This document shows positions 1-14,128 of a DNA stretch of 60,000 nucleotides, piece by piece. The DNA comes from Botryllus schlosseri. Lineage: Eukaryota. Positions within the stretch are counted from its first letter, which is position 1, and the number at the start of each line of letters is the position of its first letter. The translations under genes and the position numbers were made by a program. The notes under the pieces were generated by a model. That model searched no databases. It was not told where the DNA came from and saw nothing but the letters and a program-made list of their open reading frames with translations. Location: the NCBI GenBank assembly GCA_051294905.1, contig CM119371.1, forward strand, positions 27,654,001 to 27,714,000, in the 5' to 3' direction.

Positions 1-1350
1 TTCTCAATATCGTCGCCTACGATCTCAGCTACTTATTGACTTCATCCATCAGAGAAGGTAGTATCATATCCAGGGGTTTGTTCAACACGACACGGTACGC
101 GACTGAAATTATTCAAATACAATGAGATCCCTTGTTCATGTCAGCCACCAGATGACGCCACAAGCTGTTGATGTAAATATATAAATTAAAGGTACTTGCG
201 ATTTCGAGTAGCTGCGATATATAGGCGCTTGCTTTCGCAATTTTCTTACCGGAGTCCTGTGAACAGCATACAACTAAATTAAAGAATCTGTATGAAGTTT
301 CCTCGATGTAGTAGGCCTATAGCTGGTGGCGAGTGCAGCTGTGGTATATTTCACCGCTGCAAACACTATAAGGTTACAGGTTCTAGTCAGGGCGAAGTTC
401 GCTCCACAAGCCAGTACTATGTATTTGAGGTTTATCCAGGCTCCTCCTTACCACACGATGTCTTGCAAATGCCAAAAACGAGGTGGGCAGTGCATTGCAA
501 TGCAGCACAGGGCAGGGTTATAAATCAGCAACTCATGTTAAATCAATGAAATTCGGTGTTAAACGGCCATGGATGTCGAAACGCAAGCGACAAATATTTC
601 GACAAGCAAACCGAACCAATTGGAAAGCTTATAAGTCAACTGATAATTTTCTACAAAATGAATTTAAAGTTCGTTTTGCACTTTATCATAATCTTGTTAT
701 CCGACCTAGATGCGAAAACCGGGACAATATAGGTAGGGCTATTGATAGAATGGCAACATCACTTTCTAAATATTGTTATATCTCCGTATATTTCATGCCA
801 AATACTGTGAAAGTTGGATACTTCCTACAGAATAGCCTACTAGAATCTTAGGTTGGCAATTCTGGCCTCAAAATAACTAGTGTTGCACCTTTTTCAACTA
901 TACGTTTTTCCATTGTTATTCCGGCCTGTGCACATCTGGATTACTCCATACGACTAGTGCATATCTGAAATTACTTACACCCTCTCCCTCTATGACCAGC
1001 TAGTGCACGGCCACGTAACTTGTGAAACCAGAGTTTTATAGGCAAAGGTAGCCAAAACTATACGTTATTTTACGTTTTCGGAGTAGGCTACTCAATTAGG
1101 ATTTGCCTATTTGCACTATTTACTGAAGTGTTTATGCTTTTAAACTACTTCCACTTCTATTAGCACAGTTTTTATATATGTAAAACGTACCATGTATTAT
1201 TACGGATGTTATGATGAAGGTATCATGTATTCTGAAATTCAAATAGCCTACATAAGATATGTGATCTATATTAATATCAAACACCTTGTTAACGTTTGTA
1301 CAGGTTTTGTAGCACTCTGAACTTTAGATTAGGACGCATTACGTGTTACT

Positions 1351-4300
1351 ATGAAGACTCCAAGCTATCATTCACTTTCGCTCGTTACTACTATTTGCTT
1401 CTTGGGTGTATCTGTCAGTAATAGTTACACGACGAACGCTGATGCTGAGAAGAGGTAAGAATCAATTAGATATGTGAAACGTGGATATTTAACAAGCTAC
1501 TGATGTCAGAGCGTTGCTATGGCATATGAACCGATAGCGTCTTTCATGTGAGAGTTGTTTGTAGCGCATGCCATATTAAGATCTGAGCCATATACCTAAA
1601 CATTCTTGACACTGAATTCGTGGGTAATCGACACCGTGAAACTATTGGTCCACACTTTTTCGAAATCATTGCGTTATAGGTTCCGCATCAAAAAATCAAT
1701 ACCTCCAATATAAACCTCTTTGATGCTCTATTAAAACCTTTGCGTCGACTGATAAATATCGTAATGGTAGAATTACGAATATTTGGACTCAATTTCAATG
1801 AATGTTTCAATGAATGTTTCGATTAGGAGACAGTTAGGAGGGCCTTCAGTGTCTTCATTAATTCCCAGGTTTAATTGATGTGTTTATGTGTTTCAATCAA
1901 TATTTAAACTTCATGAACTCTCAGACATATTGTTGGGTAAACAAAGTATTTTAATCTGTTCTGCACAGAAGTATAGTTCAAATATCCGGCGGTAAATATC
2001 GATACAGGATATAAACTTATATTATACAGAATTCCTAAGAGTTTGAAACCTATACATAAGGCTACATCACGGAATTTAAATTTACTTTCATTCGTTACAT
2101 TACAATCAGTACTATTCAGTTTTACACATTTACAGTAAATGTGCCGTTAGCGATCACACCTATGCTACACTCATATCACATGCTGGATTTTCTTACGACA
2201 GCCAGGACGGACACTGCAATATCGACGGAGATATTTTGCAATGCAACGGGTCTGAAAGCAAACATTTTCTCCAGCCGTCTGAGATTGGCTTATGCAAAGA
2301 TTGTGGTTTCATCAAAACCTTGAAGATGGAGAATGGAAGTTTGAAAGTCATACGAAAGCGTGCGTACCACTTGAACTATCGATTTCATGCCTCCGTTTAT
2401 TAGTTGGCTATCACATCGTTGAGTATATGCTACTATATACGTGAACCACACAATCTAACTACACCTGATGTTTATTTTTGCGACATCCCTTTCCCACATA
2501 TTGTTTGGAAATGTTATTCCAGTTATTTGATACTTGGCAATCGCGCCTTGAACTATATATAATAACCTATATACCATGTGATTTTACAGGTCATCTGCAG
2601 CGCTATCCTTCAATATCAACTTTCTCGGCAAAGAATAATTTGATTGGGGAGCTTTTCGATAGAATATTCTCAAAGAGCAGATCATTGAAGCATGCGGACC
2701 TTAGTCATAATTTCATCGCGAAAATGGACTCGATTGCGTTGTACGGTGAGCGTGATTCTGTAGCCCGCCACAATGACATTATATCGCGCCTGTAATGAAG
2801 TAAAGTAGGCTACGTAACTTTGAAGGTACCCAAATCGACATGGGTCGTCACAATCGGGTGATAAGTATTCTGCTGTAGCTGTCACTGCGATTGGAGGTGG
2901 AATTAAGCCTTAAGCATTTGAACATAACCCAATGAGTAATATTGTAGCCTGACTTGAGTGTTACAATTCGGCAAATCAGGAATCCTAATATGAAGTATCG
3001 GACTGGTTATAAAATAATGTAACACCTTGAATATCAAAGCAACAACAATAAAAGCGCGAATATAAGGACGGACGCTCGTACAATAATCATAGTATCGACT
3101 AGTTTAGTGCTCAATAGGTACGATTTAAACCCGGGTTAGTATCCAAAGTCGAGACAGAACCTCGCTACTCCCGGCCTGGACCGATATCAGTTGTGACCAG
3201 TCACTCAACGTTATGTGAAACATATATGTGAAAATATATATTCTATTCTATCGATAATGTTCTATCTCATAGTATTATTATTATTAATAATCATAGGCGC
3301 TTTCCGGCTCGAGACTCTCGACCTCTCAAACAACCGAATCAATCGACTGCCCATGTTGATCTTCGAAAAGCTGCGAAATCTGCGAACGCTACGACTGCAA
3401 CGCAACAGGATATCTCTTCTTTTTCCGGAATCCTTCCACGGACTTGGAAAACTTGAATTTCTTGACATATCATGTGAGTTGTGTTGTGTTATGACAGAGA
3501 TGTAACGTAGGAATGAATGCGGAGAGAGTCGAGTAAAATCTACAGATGCGAGAGTAGAAACGATTGGATGGTGTTAAAAGTTTTTTAAATGTGTATTATG
3601 TTACGCATGTGCTTACATGTTTATTGTTTATGCTCGAAGCGATATGATTTCCATCTAGTTTTTAGCAAAGCAATTTAATTCGCTCCTGATGTTCTAACCT
3701 GATGAAGCGACTGAGTGAACTTGGCTCTGCATTATTCCAAGTGAATATATTTTCGAAGACTGCGCCTATTTTTAGTGGCTTTGTCTATTAAATAATATCT
3801 GAGTCTTTTCAGACCTTACATTTTCCACAGCCACTTGCGGTAGTTGTAACATGCATTGAAGTTCTCTATTTCTATACTTGTATTTGAGTTGAAGTTTACG
3901 GCGTTACCTCTATTTGATCAGCAACGCTGACCACTTTAACCAACTCTGTTCATTCACGGTCATCCCTTTCCAATACAGTATACCAATTATGAACTTTTTA
4001 TTCAGTCAATGATATCCGCTTTATCGACGAGCAGGCGTTTAAGGGACTGAGAAACTTGCAAATGCTTGACCTACGTGGCAATCGGGTCAAACGACTTACT
4101 CCCAGCGTTTTAATGCATCTACCCGCACTGCGAACGTTGCGCGTCGACACTTCCAGTGTGCAGAAGCATGAACTTTTGTCGCTAGATGGCGTAAGAGTTT
4201 CAATTCACATCACAAATTCAAATGAGTACAATTAGCAAATAGCATCTTTAACACGTATGTCCCCTAAATTTGATAAGCATGAACTGAATGAAAGAATTGG

Positions 4301-5077
4301 CCTGGAACATTTTGACCTATGTATCCAGCTTGAACTCTTTCTACTCTATTTGGCTCTGGTTGAAATGGAGATTCGATTACTTGAAATTATACTTTGCAAC
4401 ACTGACTGAATGTTCAAGTTTTCATACATTCGACTCAAAGTATCCCTACACCACACGTATTTTGGTAATGGTGTGCTTTCGAGTGCAAACTCAGCATTAG
4501 GTTTGTATGTGCGCCACTATATACGGCTTCAATAAATCGGCGTCCATTCACAGGAACATATCCACAGAAGTACAAAACATGAACTGAAAAGAGTCGCTGA
4601 ACCTTATACAACGTTAGCAAAGTCTCCCATCAGAGTTAGGTAAGTGCAATACCTTACCTCAGAACCGAGGTGTAAACACTGGGTTACTGTAGCTGCCTGA
4701 TCAACGCATAACATCTTCAATCAAAACTTTTCAGGGATTTGACCACGCAGCTTGAAACACACAAAAAGGATCTAGAGGGATCATCAAAATCCCTGCTTGC
4801 ATCAGACCTAACCGCCCCTCCAAACCTCCTGTCATTGAAAATTACGGACAATAACAACACAAGTCTTCGCGCTGTTATGATACATGTGGATACGGAGAAA
4901 AATAGTTTCGCCATCTACCAGTGTACAAATATGACAATAGTGATATGTGCGATTGCCATATTCGTAACGATCGCTTTTGTATTCTTATGCGTTTTCATAC
5001 CAAGAAATAAGTTCACAACTAAAGTTGTATCTTCTAAAGCTGACGGGGAATATTTACTTGCCATTCCACATTCCTAA
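1351..5077 (+). CDS. Type I transmembrane leucine-rich-repeat protein, 7 coding exons, 424 aa
   Basis: Exons 1351-1454, 2136-2359, 2590-2745, 3297-3473, 4006-4190, 4554-4639 and 4735-5077 are all GT-AG and phase-compatible (1275 nt). The protein has a signal peptide (MKTPSYHSLSLVTTICFLGVSVS), a Cys-containing N-cap, about 7-8 24-aa LRRs (e.g. RLETLDLSNNRINRLPMLIFEKLR, NLQMLDLRGNRVKRL), a stalk, a TM helix (IVICAIAIFVTIAFVFLCVFI) and a ~24-aa tail. Confidence 0.88.
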
Positions 5078-6039
5078 TGATTTAATTGTATCCATTTTAT
5101 CTTAGTATGTTTCCGACGGATCTGGTTCATTGCTTCTTTTGACTATATTATACTATATTAGAAACTATATTAACTTATACCAGAATATCTATATACGACC
5201 TGCGTACAATCCATTCTTATTCAAATATACTTTCTACTCGCCTTATACTGACGCTGGCTAATTCAGGTCAATGATCGATTGTCATCATATGAGTGTATCA
5301 CCGGTAGCGTATATCAGCATTCAGCAGTCAGAACCAATGCAGGACCATCCGACTGAAGATTTACATGGAGGAGTGTGTGCGATATCAACTTAATTCAAGT
5401 CTTCATGCCTCAAATATACTGGATGATATGTCCAGATATATTATGTAAAAGCGCATTCGTGTGAGCTACGTGCCGCTGTAATTCAAGGCGTCGGCTACAC
5501 TCTACAGTCTACAACATGCGTTCTCAAACTTTTCTCAACTGCGTAGTGCGTACCCGTTCCAGTTATGTTCAGGTGTGGCGTACGTAAATATATGTTCCAT
5601 CCTGTTTACCATAATTAAAATGTGAATGTTGACCAACTAACACGGATATTTCCAACTTCTCACACTGTACACACTGCTAATGGAAAGTACACTCTCTCTC
5701 ATTACGAATAAACACTGCTGGTCAGAAACGGAATTTAGAGAGTAGCCATATAGTATTTGTCTGCATGCATTACTTGTCAAACATTCATGAACTATTTATA
5801 CTATTTATTCGACCCAAGCCACCGGGCGGTATGATTCCAAAAGTTGCTGAGATATCATCAGTAATCTTGTGTTGGTTACGTAGATGCATCTTGCAATTTT
5901 CTCTCTCTGTGCAATTGATTGCAATTTGCAAATAACATCTATACGATTTTCAATAGTACCAATAAGAATAGTTGGTACATACAAATCGTATTTCATTAGG
6001 AATTGCCAATTTTTACAGCCCTTTGAAAGTACTTGACTT

Positions 6040-6226
6040 CATATTAAAGTACATGTAGTTGAAGTCGGAGACGGAGAGGAGCATTTTCACAAACCCCTAC
6101 CCCGACTCCAGTCAGTGTTCTGTCACCAATCTCGACTCGAACTCCGACTTGAAGAACCGCTAACAAATTTTGTGACTATGACTCCGCTGTTGGACAGACT
6201 AGCGAAACTCCGACTCGACAGCCCTG
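6040..6226 (-). mobile_element. Terminal fragment of a hAT-like MITE with GACTCC/GGAGTC subterminal repeats
   Basis: Clustered ccgactcc/ctcgactc motifs ending in gactcgacagccctg (CAGGGCTG-type terminus). No partner end found. Confidence 0.45.
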
Positions 6227-6774
6227 GTTGGCAGGCTGCGTACTGAATCGCAAGATAGAGTCACTTTCCGTTCTTGGCTGTAACACCAACGAGTAGAGAA
6301 TTCGATTCCTATCGACATCGACACGAGAATCCCAACCTTATAGTGATGGAGGTTCATCTAAGTTCCCGATCGCCAACTGATACGGGTAAGCGGTGTCTCA
6401 CACAGTGACGTGCGGTGAGTTTAGTAGCTGGTGATGCACTGATCCCGACATACACACACATACACACACGTTTACAGTAACTGGAAAATATTCACAAATA
6501 TGTGGAAAACAACAGCAAGAGATATCTGAATGGCGAGAGCGATTTCTGTGCACCCTGTCATCCACCTACAATATATATTTTATTTTTTCCTAGTGAAATA
6601 TTCAGTTGTTTAATACAGATTGCTCAACGAAAATGACGGAAGTGAAGACCTCAAATTATTTTTATTTAATGTCCTAATTTCGGTTTTATATTCTCTATTG
6701 TCATTTGGCAGTCTAATCCGTCACAAGATCGCAAAATGAACACTGTATCAGCAAAACTAAATATATATGTCATC

Positions 6775-8456
6775 CAATGCTCCCTCTAATTTTTCACGAG
6801 TCTGCGCAAACACACCAACTCACTGCGCAGGCCCTTGGACAACAGTGCGCAACCAGCGCCCCCATAGGGTGATAAACCAAACTTCTGGGGGCTTCGCCAC
6901 CCAGACCCCCCTCGGCCTCTAACATTTATTGCCGCTAATTATCATCTACGTTAAGACTACGTTTAGGGTCTTTGTCGCCTAAACGCGCAACGCGCGGGAA
7001 TTTTCGAAATTTCATGATTGAACCGGTATATTGCTATCAATTTGTATGCTCTCTCTGCTCACGTAATCAGATTTACCGGGTAGAGCTGATCGAGTGATGT
7101 GTGTTGGAAAAGGTAGGACCCCTAAACAATAATTAAACATCTTCGAACGTAATCGTTAGTATAATGACTTCGTTACAGGATGCTTTTCGTGACCTCCATG
7201 CTGTCCACATTTTACCATCCGAAAATTCGTTTGCTATTTCGACTTCGCCGCATATTTCGGAGAGTAGACCTTTCTCGTTCGTAAAAGAAATATCCAACCT
7301 AATTTTATAGTTTTGTCTTGCGTTTTCACATGCTCCGACAACCATTCGATATTACACGAATCGCACTTCTTTGTTAACTTGGCTTGCTGAGGTGATGAGA
7401 AACTACCTTTACGTTTTGCCATTATTAAAAGCGGTCAGTATAAACAGGGCTAAGCAGAATTAGTATGGCTTGTAGGCCTACCTATTGAAGTTGCGATGTC
7501 AGAACATTAAATTCAATCATACAATCAATTCATGTCACTCTTTTATTATGTGCAATGACTTCAAGGCCAGACATTTTTAGACCGACTTCAAAGATCAATG
7601 TGCTGTACTAAATCCTCAATCCATTGCGATTCGTTGTTGTGGTAGCCTACCGTATACTTCCATAGGAAGTTTATAATTGATAACAATAATACGACCTGCC
7701 GAAGTGGGCCTACCATAAATCTACCTAGATGAAGTGCATTTCAGTCCGAGTAGCCTACCAGTTTCAAGGGCATCCGACGTATGATTATGATACTGTGGGA
7801 ATCATTGGTTACTTCAGAATTAACTTCCAAATATATATAATCGAAATTATTGCCGTTGCTGTTAGGCGTAAGTTGTCATAGCCGGGGGACAAAAGCCGCC
7901 GTTTCCCTTCCCATTTTCGAATATACGAACATAAAAAATATATATAAACTTTCACTAATTCTTCAGTTTACCAAATGGCTCTGTGGCCAACCTCAAATTA
8001 CTCCTGTGGCCCACCCTTTGAGAACCCCTGAGCTATAGCCCATTGTTATTTATAACTTTGTTAAACCATGTTATTTCGCCATTCCAAGAAAAGTTTGCCC
8101 TATTGAAATTACATCAGCAACGCTCACGCGTATACGAGGCCATACTAAAAAAAATCTCTTTCATGAGGCGCACGTCATTACAAAATATCATTTCTTCACA
8201 GAGCGAAATATTTAACTTTACGGGACGCACAAGTACCTCGGTTTTAGACTTCAGCGACAACACTATTTGCCCCTGGCAATGTTCCCTTTAATTTTTCACG
8301 GGTGTGAGCGCTTGCGCCGTCCCTTGGAGAACAGTGCGCAACGACTAAAAAAAAGTCATCACTTCAGATTTTTTGTGCGCAGCCTAGATTTTCTGTGCGC
8401 AGAGACCGTTTCAGCACTGCGCATTTGCGCACGTGCGCAGCTTAGAGGGAACATTG
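6775..8456 (+). mobile_element. Composite non-autonomous hAT element (CAATGTTCCCTCTAA TIR family)
   Basis: Left end caatgctccctctaa at 6775 and right end ttagagggaacattg at 8456, with TSD-like atgtcatc/ctgtcatc. A complete ~180-bp unit sits at 8277-8456. Confidence 0.65.
7440..8030 (-). mobile_element. Partial inverted copy of the hAT MITE at 19957-21177
   Basis: Ends gtggcccaccctttgagaacccctg, the reverse complement of the 19957 terminus. Internal gaagttgcgatgtc matches gacatcgcaacttc at ~20587. Confidence 0.65.
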
Positions 8457-8999
8457 CTGTCATCTTCTATATCATTATCAAGCTTAAATGGCTGAAAACA
8501 TCATTCAGATTGTGGAAAATCAGGGTTAGACTTATGATTGTGGATGCAGATTTCCTTGGAATAACATTCGCAAATACAAAAAAAAAACGACAAAACTAGC
8601 TGATTCAGTTGGTTACCTGTTTCCGATCACATTAGCCATCTTCACACGCATGCCATCTAGGCTTCTCCTCGTCACCTGATCGGCGTAAGCGGCGTCATAC
8701 AAAAGTCTAAAAGTGGGCTGTGCTACAAGTCGGCAGATATGAAATCAGAGGATATCGGCCTGTGTAAATGACCATTGTAGTCAAAAACACACCATAAATG
8801 CCACAAACAGCACGAACGTAGGCTATGTAAGTAGCTATTACATACCACAATTTAAGATAGGTGTATGGAGGAAAAATATATTACAGCTACATCAGTAAGG
8901 GAATGTATTTGATCCGCTTACGAATTGGCCGTCGCAACTCCGCGATTCATACAAAACTGACTGCCGGTTTATGAAATCAACAGCGCGTTCCACTGTGCT

Positions 9000-11400
9000 G
9001 CGATTATACGATTGTTAGCAAATAGCGAGTGAGGCGGATTCGATAGTGCCTTACCTGGCTATTGTTTCTCTGCACTGCCATTGTACGTAATAAAGCCCAA
9101 TTTCACATTCCTTGGCGATTTTGAGGAGGTTCCAGTGCTCTGCGATTGGTGAAAAATGGATTTTCGTAATCAGTTCGTCAATAGCATCTGATTGATACCA
9201 GTTACTATAAAGTCTGAGCTATTTACGATGAATTGCATTGTCGCAGGTGAGGCACGACCATAATGTGCCTCACATCTTCTTTCGCGCTGTATATTTGAAC
9301 AATAAATATTAAAATTGGCGCTGTTGGATGAAAAAATGTTCAAATTTAGTTATTCATGAACATCGACCGAAAATGTATATGATTATTGAAGATTTTCACA
9401 ATTTTCTCATTCTCGCCCTGACGACAGGAGAGGCATTGCATGACTTGCCTCCCCTGAATGAACGCCACTGGCCTTACAGAAGCCCAGACCAACGGCGAGC
9501 CGAGGATTTAGCTGTTCACGAGTCACAGAAAAAAATATCGGACCGGCGTTAAGTGAGCAATTGACCATTGATGTCGACACACCGTGAACGCTCAAACAAC
9601 TATAAACTTCCACACTTCCTTTGCATTGAGAGCTAACGCTAATCGGGAAAAGCTCCGAATAGCATATTCGAAGCCTTTGGTTTGACACTATCCTGAGTTA
9701 AACCCGGATGTGACAGATTGCAAGAGACCGTCCCGATGGTTAGCAAGTCTGGCTATCGTTTCGAGTGATATAATCCTGTTGACTTGAGTGGAAATTAATG
9801 TTCCTTTCCCAGTCCCTATAAAACGGCTACATACTTCATACCAATTAAGAGCACATACGATGACACGATATACGCTTATCAGTGGTCTCAAGTGCCTATC
9901 GTACACCGAAATCGACTACCCTACGTTAACGCTTTTAGCATTGAAGCACGCAAATGGTGAATGGAGTAATTGTGAATATGAGAGATTTCCCACGTACTGT
10001 GTGGCGTCACAGCATTTGCTTTAGCGAAATATACAGAATGATGCTAGTTTGTACTCTTTGAAGAATGTATTACGACGGCGAAGAAACATTTGACTCACTT
10101 GTGAGTACCATCGACACATAAGCCAATTATATCGAGCAGTGAGCACTGGGGAATGTGAGCATGAGCAATACAGTATACTCCGGCGACAGCTAGATACACG
10201 TCAAGGCTGCATTACTTTGTCATAAATGCTTAATATTTGCAATAATATTTAGGAAATACGCTCATACCAGCCCTTGCGACGACAAACTTATTCTGTCAAT
10301 GCACCAGACGTAAGCGTTTAGAATTAATATAGACTATGAACAGTTAGAATAGACATATCCTGTTAGTTTCATGGTAGCACATATACGAGTACGTGGACCC
10401 TGCAGATGTGAGTGACTTTCAGGTTTCGAGATCCAGACTTTCAAGCCAAGAATATCTAGAGAAGTGCGGGGTTCTAGATATCCCTGTTTCAAGCACCACC
10501 ATCGAAATTCGTTGTTCAGCTTGTAGCATGAGCAATTGATCATGACCAATCTTGGCTGGCATGCAATCTGGTTTAAGGCACTGTCTGCTAATACCTGCTT
10601 TTTTATTAGTTCGAGATTCTTGTATCTGATTTGCTTAATAGATAACATGAAAGGTGAAATATCGGTAGTCTATGATTCTTCACGGTTCGATAACTTAGAT
10701 GTAAATAATGCAATAGGGAATTTGGAGCCTGTGTAAAGATTTGCCCTTGCTTAGTGAAGAAATGAACACCTCTTATTAGGTGTGCTGATATGGAAACTAT
10801 TGATAATAATCGATGGGTTTCCTTGTTGATAAGTCTAGATGTGACCAGCAACATTCACGTGTGACTGACGACATGACGAATGTAATTGGAGCTACGATAA
10901 CAACCTTGGAAAGTCTATTTGGTTTGATGGTAACCATGGCTCTGATATTAAGGGTTTGATGGATTTGGATATGAGAGTAGCGTAGATCACATCTCCATGT
11001 CCTACACGATGCGATCATCATGTTTTCGCTACTGCACTAGATTTATGGATTAACTTACATACGATGAAAAGTTTTATATCGATTTGCGAGGCTTGTAGGT
11101 TATATCTCACATGAATTGGCGGCAAAACTTTGTCGAAGTACCGAGGTCGGAACCCTCACAAATTTCCTTAGAAACGATCGCCCGTACTCTTAATTGGCAA
11201 TTGCCCCCTACATGCTCAATGCATTGCTGTGACTAAATCTGCTGCAGGCACACAAAATCCGATGCCTAATTTTATGACGAAGGAAACATTTGTCTTTCTC
11301 ATTGCGTATAGGTTTTGCGTGGACATGATGCAGTTTTATCCAGAACTTACTTTCGACTCAACTTATGCAATTTAGAATGTTTTAATTGATATTCAAAGAC
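9000..11400 (-). pseudogene. Highly eroded Ty3/Gypsy-like pol remnant (RNase H/integrase region)
   Basis: Broken minus-strand frames SRLINKETHRLLSIVS..RGVHFF..SLLHYL and IRYK..VLADSALNQI resemble the Gypsy RNase H layout. Many stops, no LTRs seen, boundaries approximate. Confidence 0.4.
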
Positions 11401-12126
11401 ATCCAGATTAAGGGATGGTCTCTACTAATCGAAAAAGTCAATTTGCTGCTTTACTGACCTCCACCGTTACCTGCCGAGATGTGTTATTTATTCCATATCC
11501 ACATAACTGATAACTAGAGCCCGACCGATTATCGGCTCGCCGATAATATCGAGTCGATATCACACTTGGAAAGAAATATCGGTATCGGCCATTGGAGGTA
11601 AAAAAATATCGGCCATTTTCGTGACGTCACAGCATGGTCGTAGGGAGTCAGAGAAGACGCGAATGTCAGTAAATTATAAAGATAGATGGCCAAGCTGCAA
11701 TGCACACAGGCAAGTAGCCCTATGTGAAAATATACTTTCATCGTTATGCCCCAGTGACTTCAGTGGAAATCCCCTGATCGAACACCAGAGACAGAGAGCT
11801 GACTTCGAGTGAATGGAAAGTTGTATGCAGAAGATTTCAGTCGATTCATTAGAGAAATGAGAACTTCGTTCAAGCTGGACTGACCGTCGTGATGACAGAG
11901 AAAAGGGTAGCGTGTAAACATTTATCGGTAGGTAGTGCTGTTGGTGTCTGTGTAGGGAGCTCACAGGCCAAGGCTCGGTACCAACAAAGTGAAAAATACC
12001 GGTAATGTATGGAATGGAGTCAACCCTACTGAGGGGCTACCATGATAAGGAATATGCGGGCATAGACTGCAAGAAAATCAACAAAAAGGGAATAGCTTCT
12101 TGGAGGTACAGAACTTCAATATACAA

Positions 12127-12198
12127 TTAAATAGTATATTCATATTGAAATGAACCCGAAAATATTCGGGTTCATTTCAATATGAATATACTATTTAA
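12127..12198. repeat. Perfect 34-bp inverted repeat with 4-nt loop
   Basis: ttaaatagtatattcatattgaaatgaacccgaa-aata-ttcgggttcatttcaatatgaatatactatttaa. Confidence 0.95.
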
Positions 12199-14128
12199 AA
12201 AGGGAATAGAGCCAACAATTCATACGAATATTTTTGATTCCATAATGACATGGGCCAATTCTGACAAAGGTGTGTAAAAGATTGATCAACTGATTGTTGA
12301 AATGCTGGTCATAGTCAAGGGGATGGGTGGAGCGGACGTGAACAGTTTGAGTTGTTTTGCTCATTCTCTTCAGCTGTTAATGATGTTCTGAAGGCTCCAG
12401 GTGCACTGCCAGAAGAATATCAATATTTGGTGGCATAGGGTGGCGGCCGGCACGTAGCCCGGGGGTGTCGAATCCCCTCCTTTTGAGACCCAAAACCATG
12501 TCCTTTTGAGATGACCAGTCTGGATGCTAATATTCAGTTGTAATTCAACATGTCGTATCATCAGTCTTACGCGCGGCCGCGACCAATTAGCGAGATTCGT
12601 CTGTGCAGGCGACGCGATCTCCCGCTGAGATTGTTGCGAAATTAGGTTATTGATTGCCCAGCGCTCGCCATTCATCGCTGGACTGAACAGTAACACGGCG
12701 CAACAATTCTGGAACACGGAAGACAGACAAGAAATATGATTACAAACGCTTGCGGCCAATCAGTAATTATCCTTTACCGCCAAGCGCCAACACAATGGGT
12801 TTTTACTTAGTATTGAGAAGCTCACATTGCGACAATTGGTTGCTGAATAAAACATCGATTTTGACTGCATTGCTAAATTTCCCGATTTACTATCACAAAT
12901 CATAATTGGAATAATAATATGGGCACTGGAATAAATTCCAACGACCGGGCCCACACAATAAAACAATGTTCAACTTTGCGCTCAGAGAATATTTATCACA
13001 AAATATTTTAAACGCGGCTTGCGGCCCTCATCGATCCAAACATATTGCACTTTAATTTGTAGAAAGTGAACGTACATTTGGTCGTCAAATCGCGATAGGT
13101 GATGGTGTTTCTCACAGCGCGCGATGATGTATAAGTTTTTAGCGATGAGGTCGAATTTTTACATCTCATAACTATCGTTAATTTGCTGAAATCAGTATCA
13201 GTACGCTGTGCGAAATACACAGTAGTGATCATATTTATCGGACTGTACAATCGGCCGGCGAGGCTGCGCTGATACCGAAATTGCAGACATGCCGCAAACC
13301 CGTAATAATTACAATTACAGGGTGCGCGAGTCATACCTAAATACCCAGATTCGGCAATGGCAACTAGTACAATTTGTTTAGACGCGGGCATAAGTTTTAA
13401 CCAAAAAGATACATAAACATAAACAATAACACACTCAGAGATTGTTACTGTTTGGCAAAAGTGTTTCTACGGACGTTAGCAGGCCTGCACGCGTAGCCTA
13501 CGCTCTAAATTAAATCACCGACGGTAGTGCACATGAGATATCGATGACCCATATCGCATACAAATGATTCTCGCTAATTTGCAGTACGCAGCATCGATAA
13601 TACGAATTTTGAATTGACATTTCAAAAGGACGGGATTTTTAGTTTTAAATGAGAAACTCATTGGCTACGCACGTAGTGTTTTAATACCGACAACGCGCTG
13701 GTTAATATCAGCCAGGATGTAGACTAATATATGGTATGTGATGGATGATCAGAGATCCATATTCTAGTGTGCCGGCAATACCAGTATAAATTACCGGTAT
13801 TGTGCTACATTTCGTGCAACTGTTTTGATATATTATTAGTTGTCAGGAACACCTGAACTAGTGGGGCTCTTGGTTGTATTCGAAGCATGTTTAGTAGTTT
13901 ATCAAGTCATTTAATTGAAAGCATAATTCCTCATATATAAAGGCTTCCTTTTATTGTATTAGTAGCTTGAAATCCCTGCCCAGGCAATTCATCCTATTAG
14001 CATATTTATACTAAGTTGTGTCTTTATATGAATAACTACTACTAAGTCATTTAGCTGCCTTCCTATCGGTTCACATTATTATTTTAACTTTGTTAACCCA
14101 GGGACAATGACTATCACTGATAATTAAG

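Noticed and set aside
292..851. Host gene from ORFs 292-851
   Set aside because: No splice-consistent model. KRPWMSKRK..WKAYK weakly recalls a LINE ORF2 linker, but is too weak to call.
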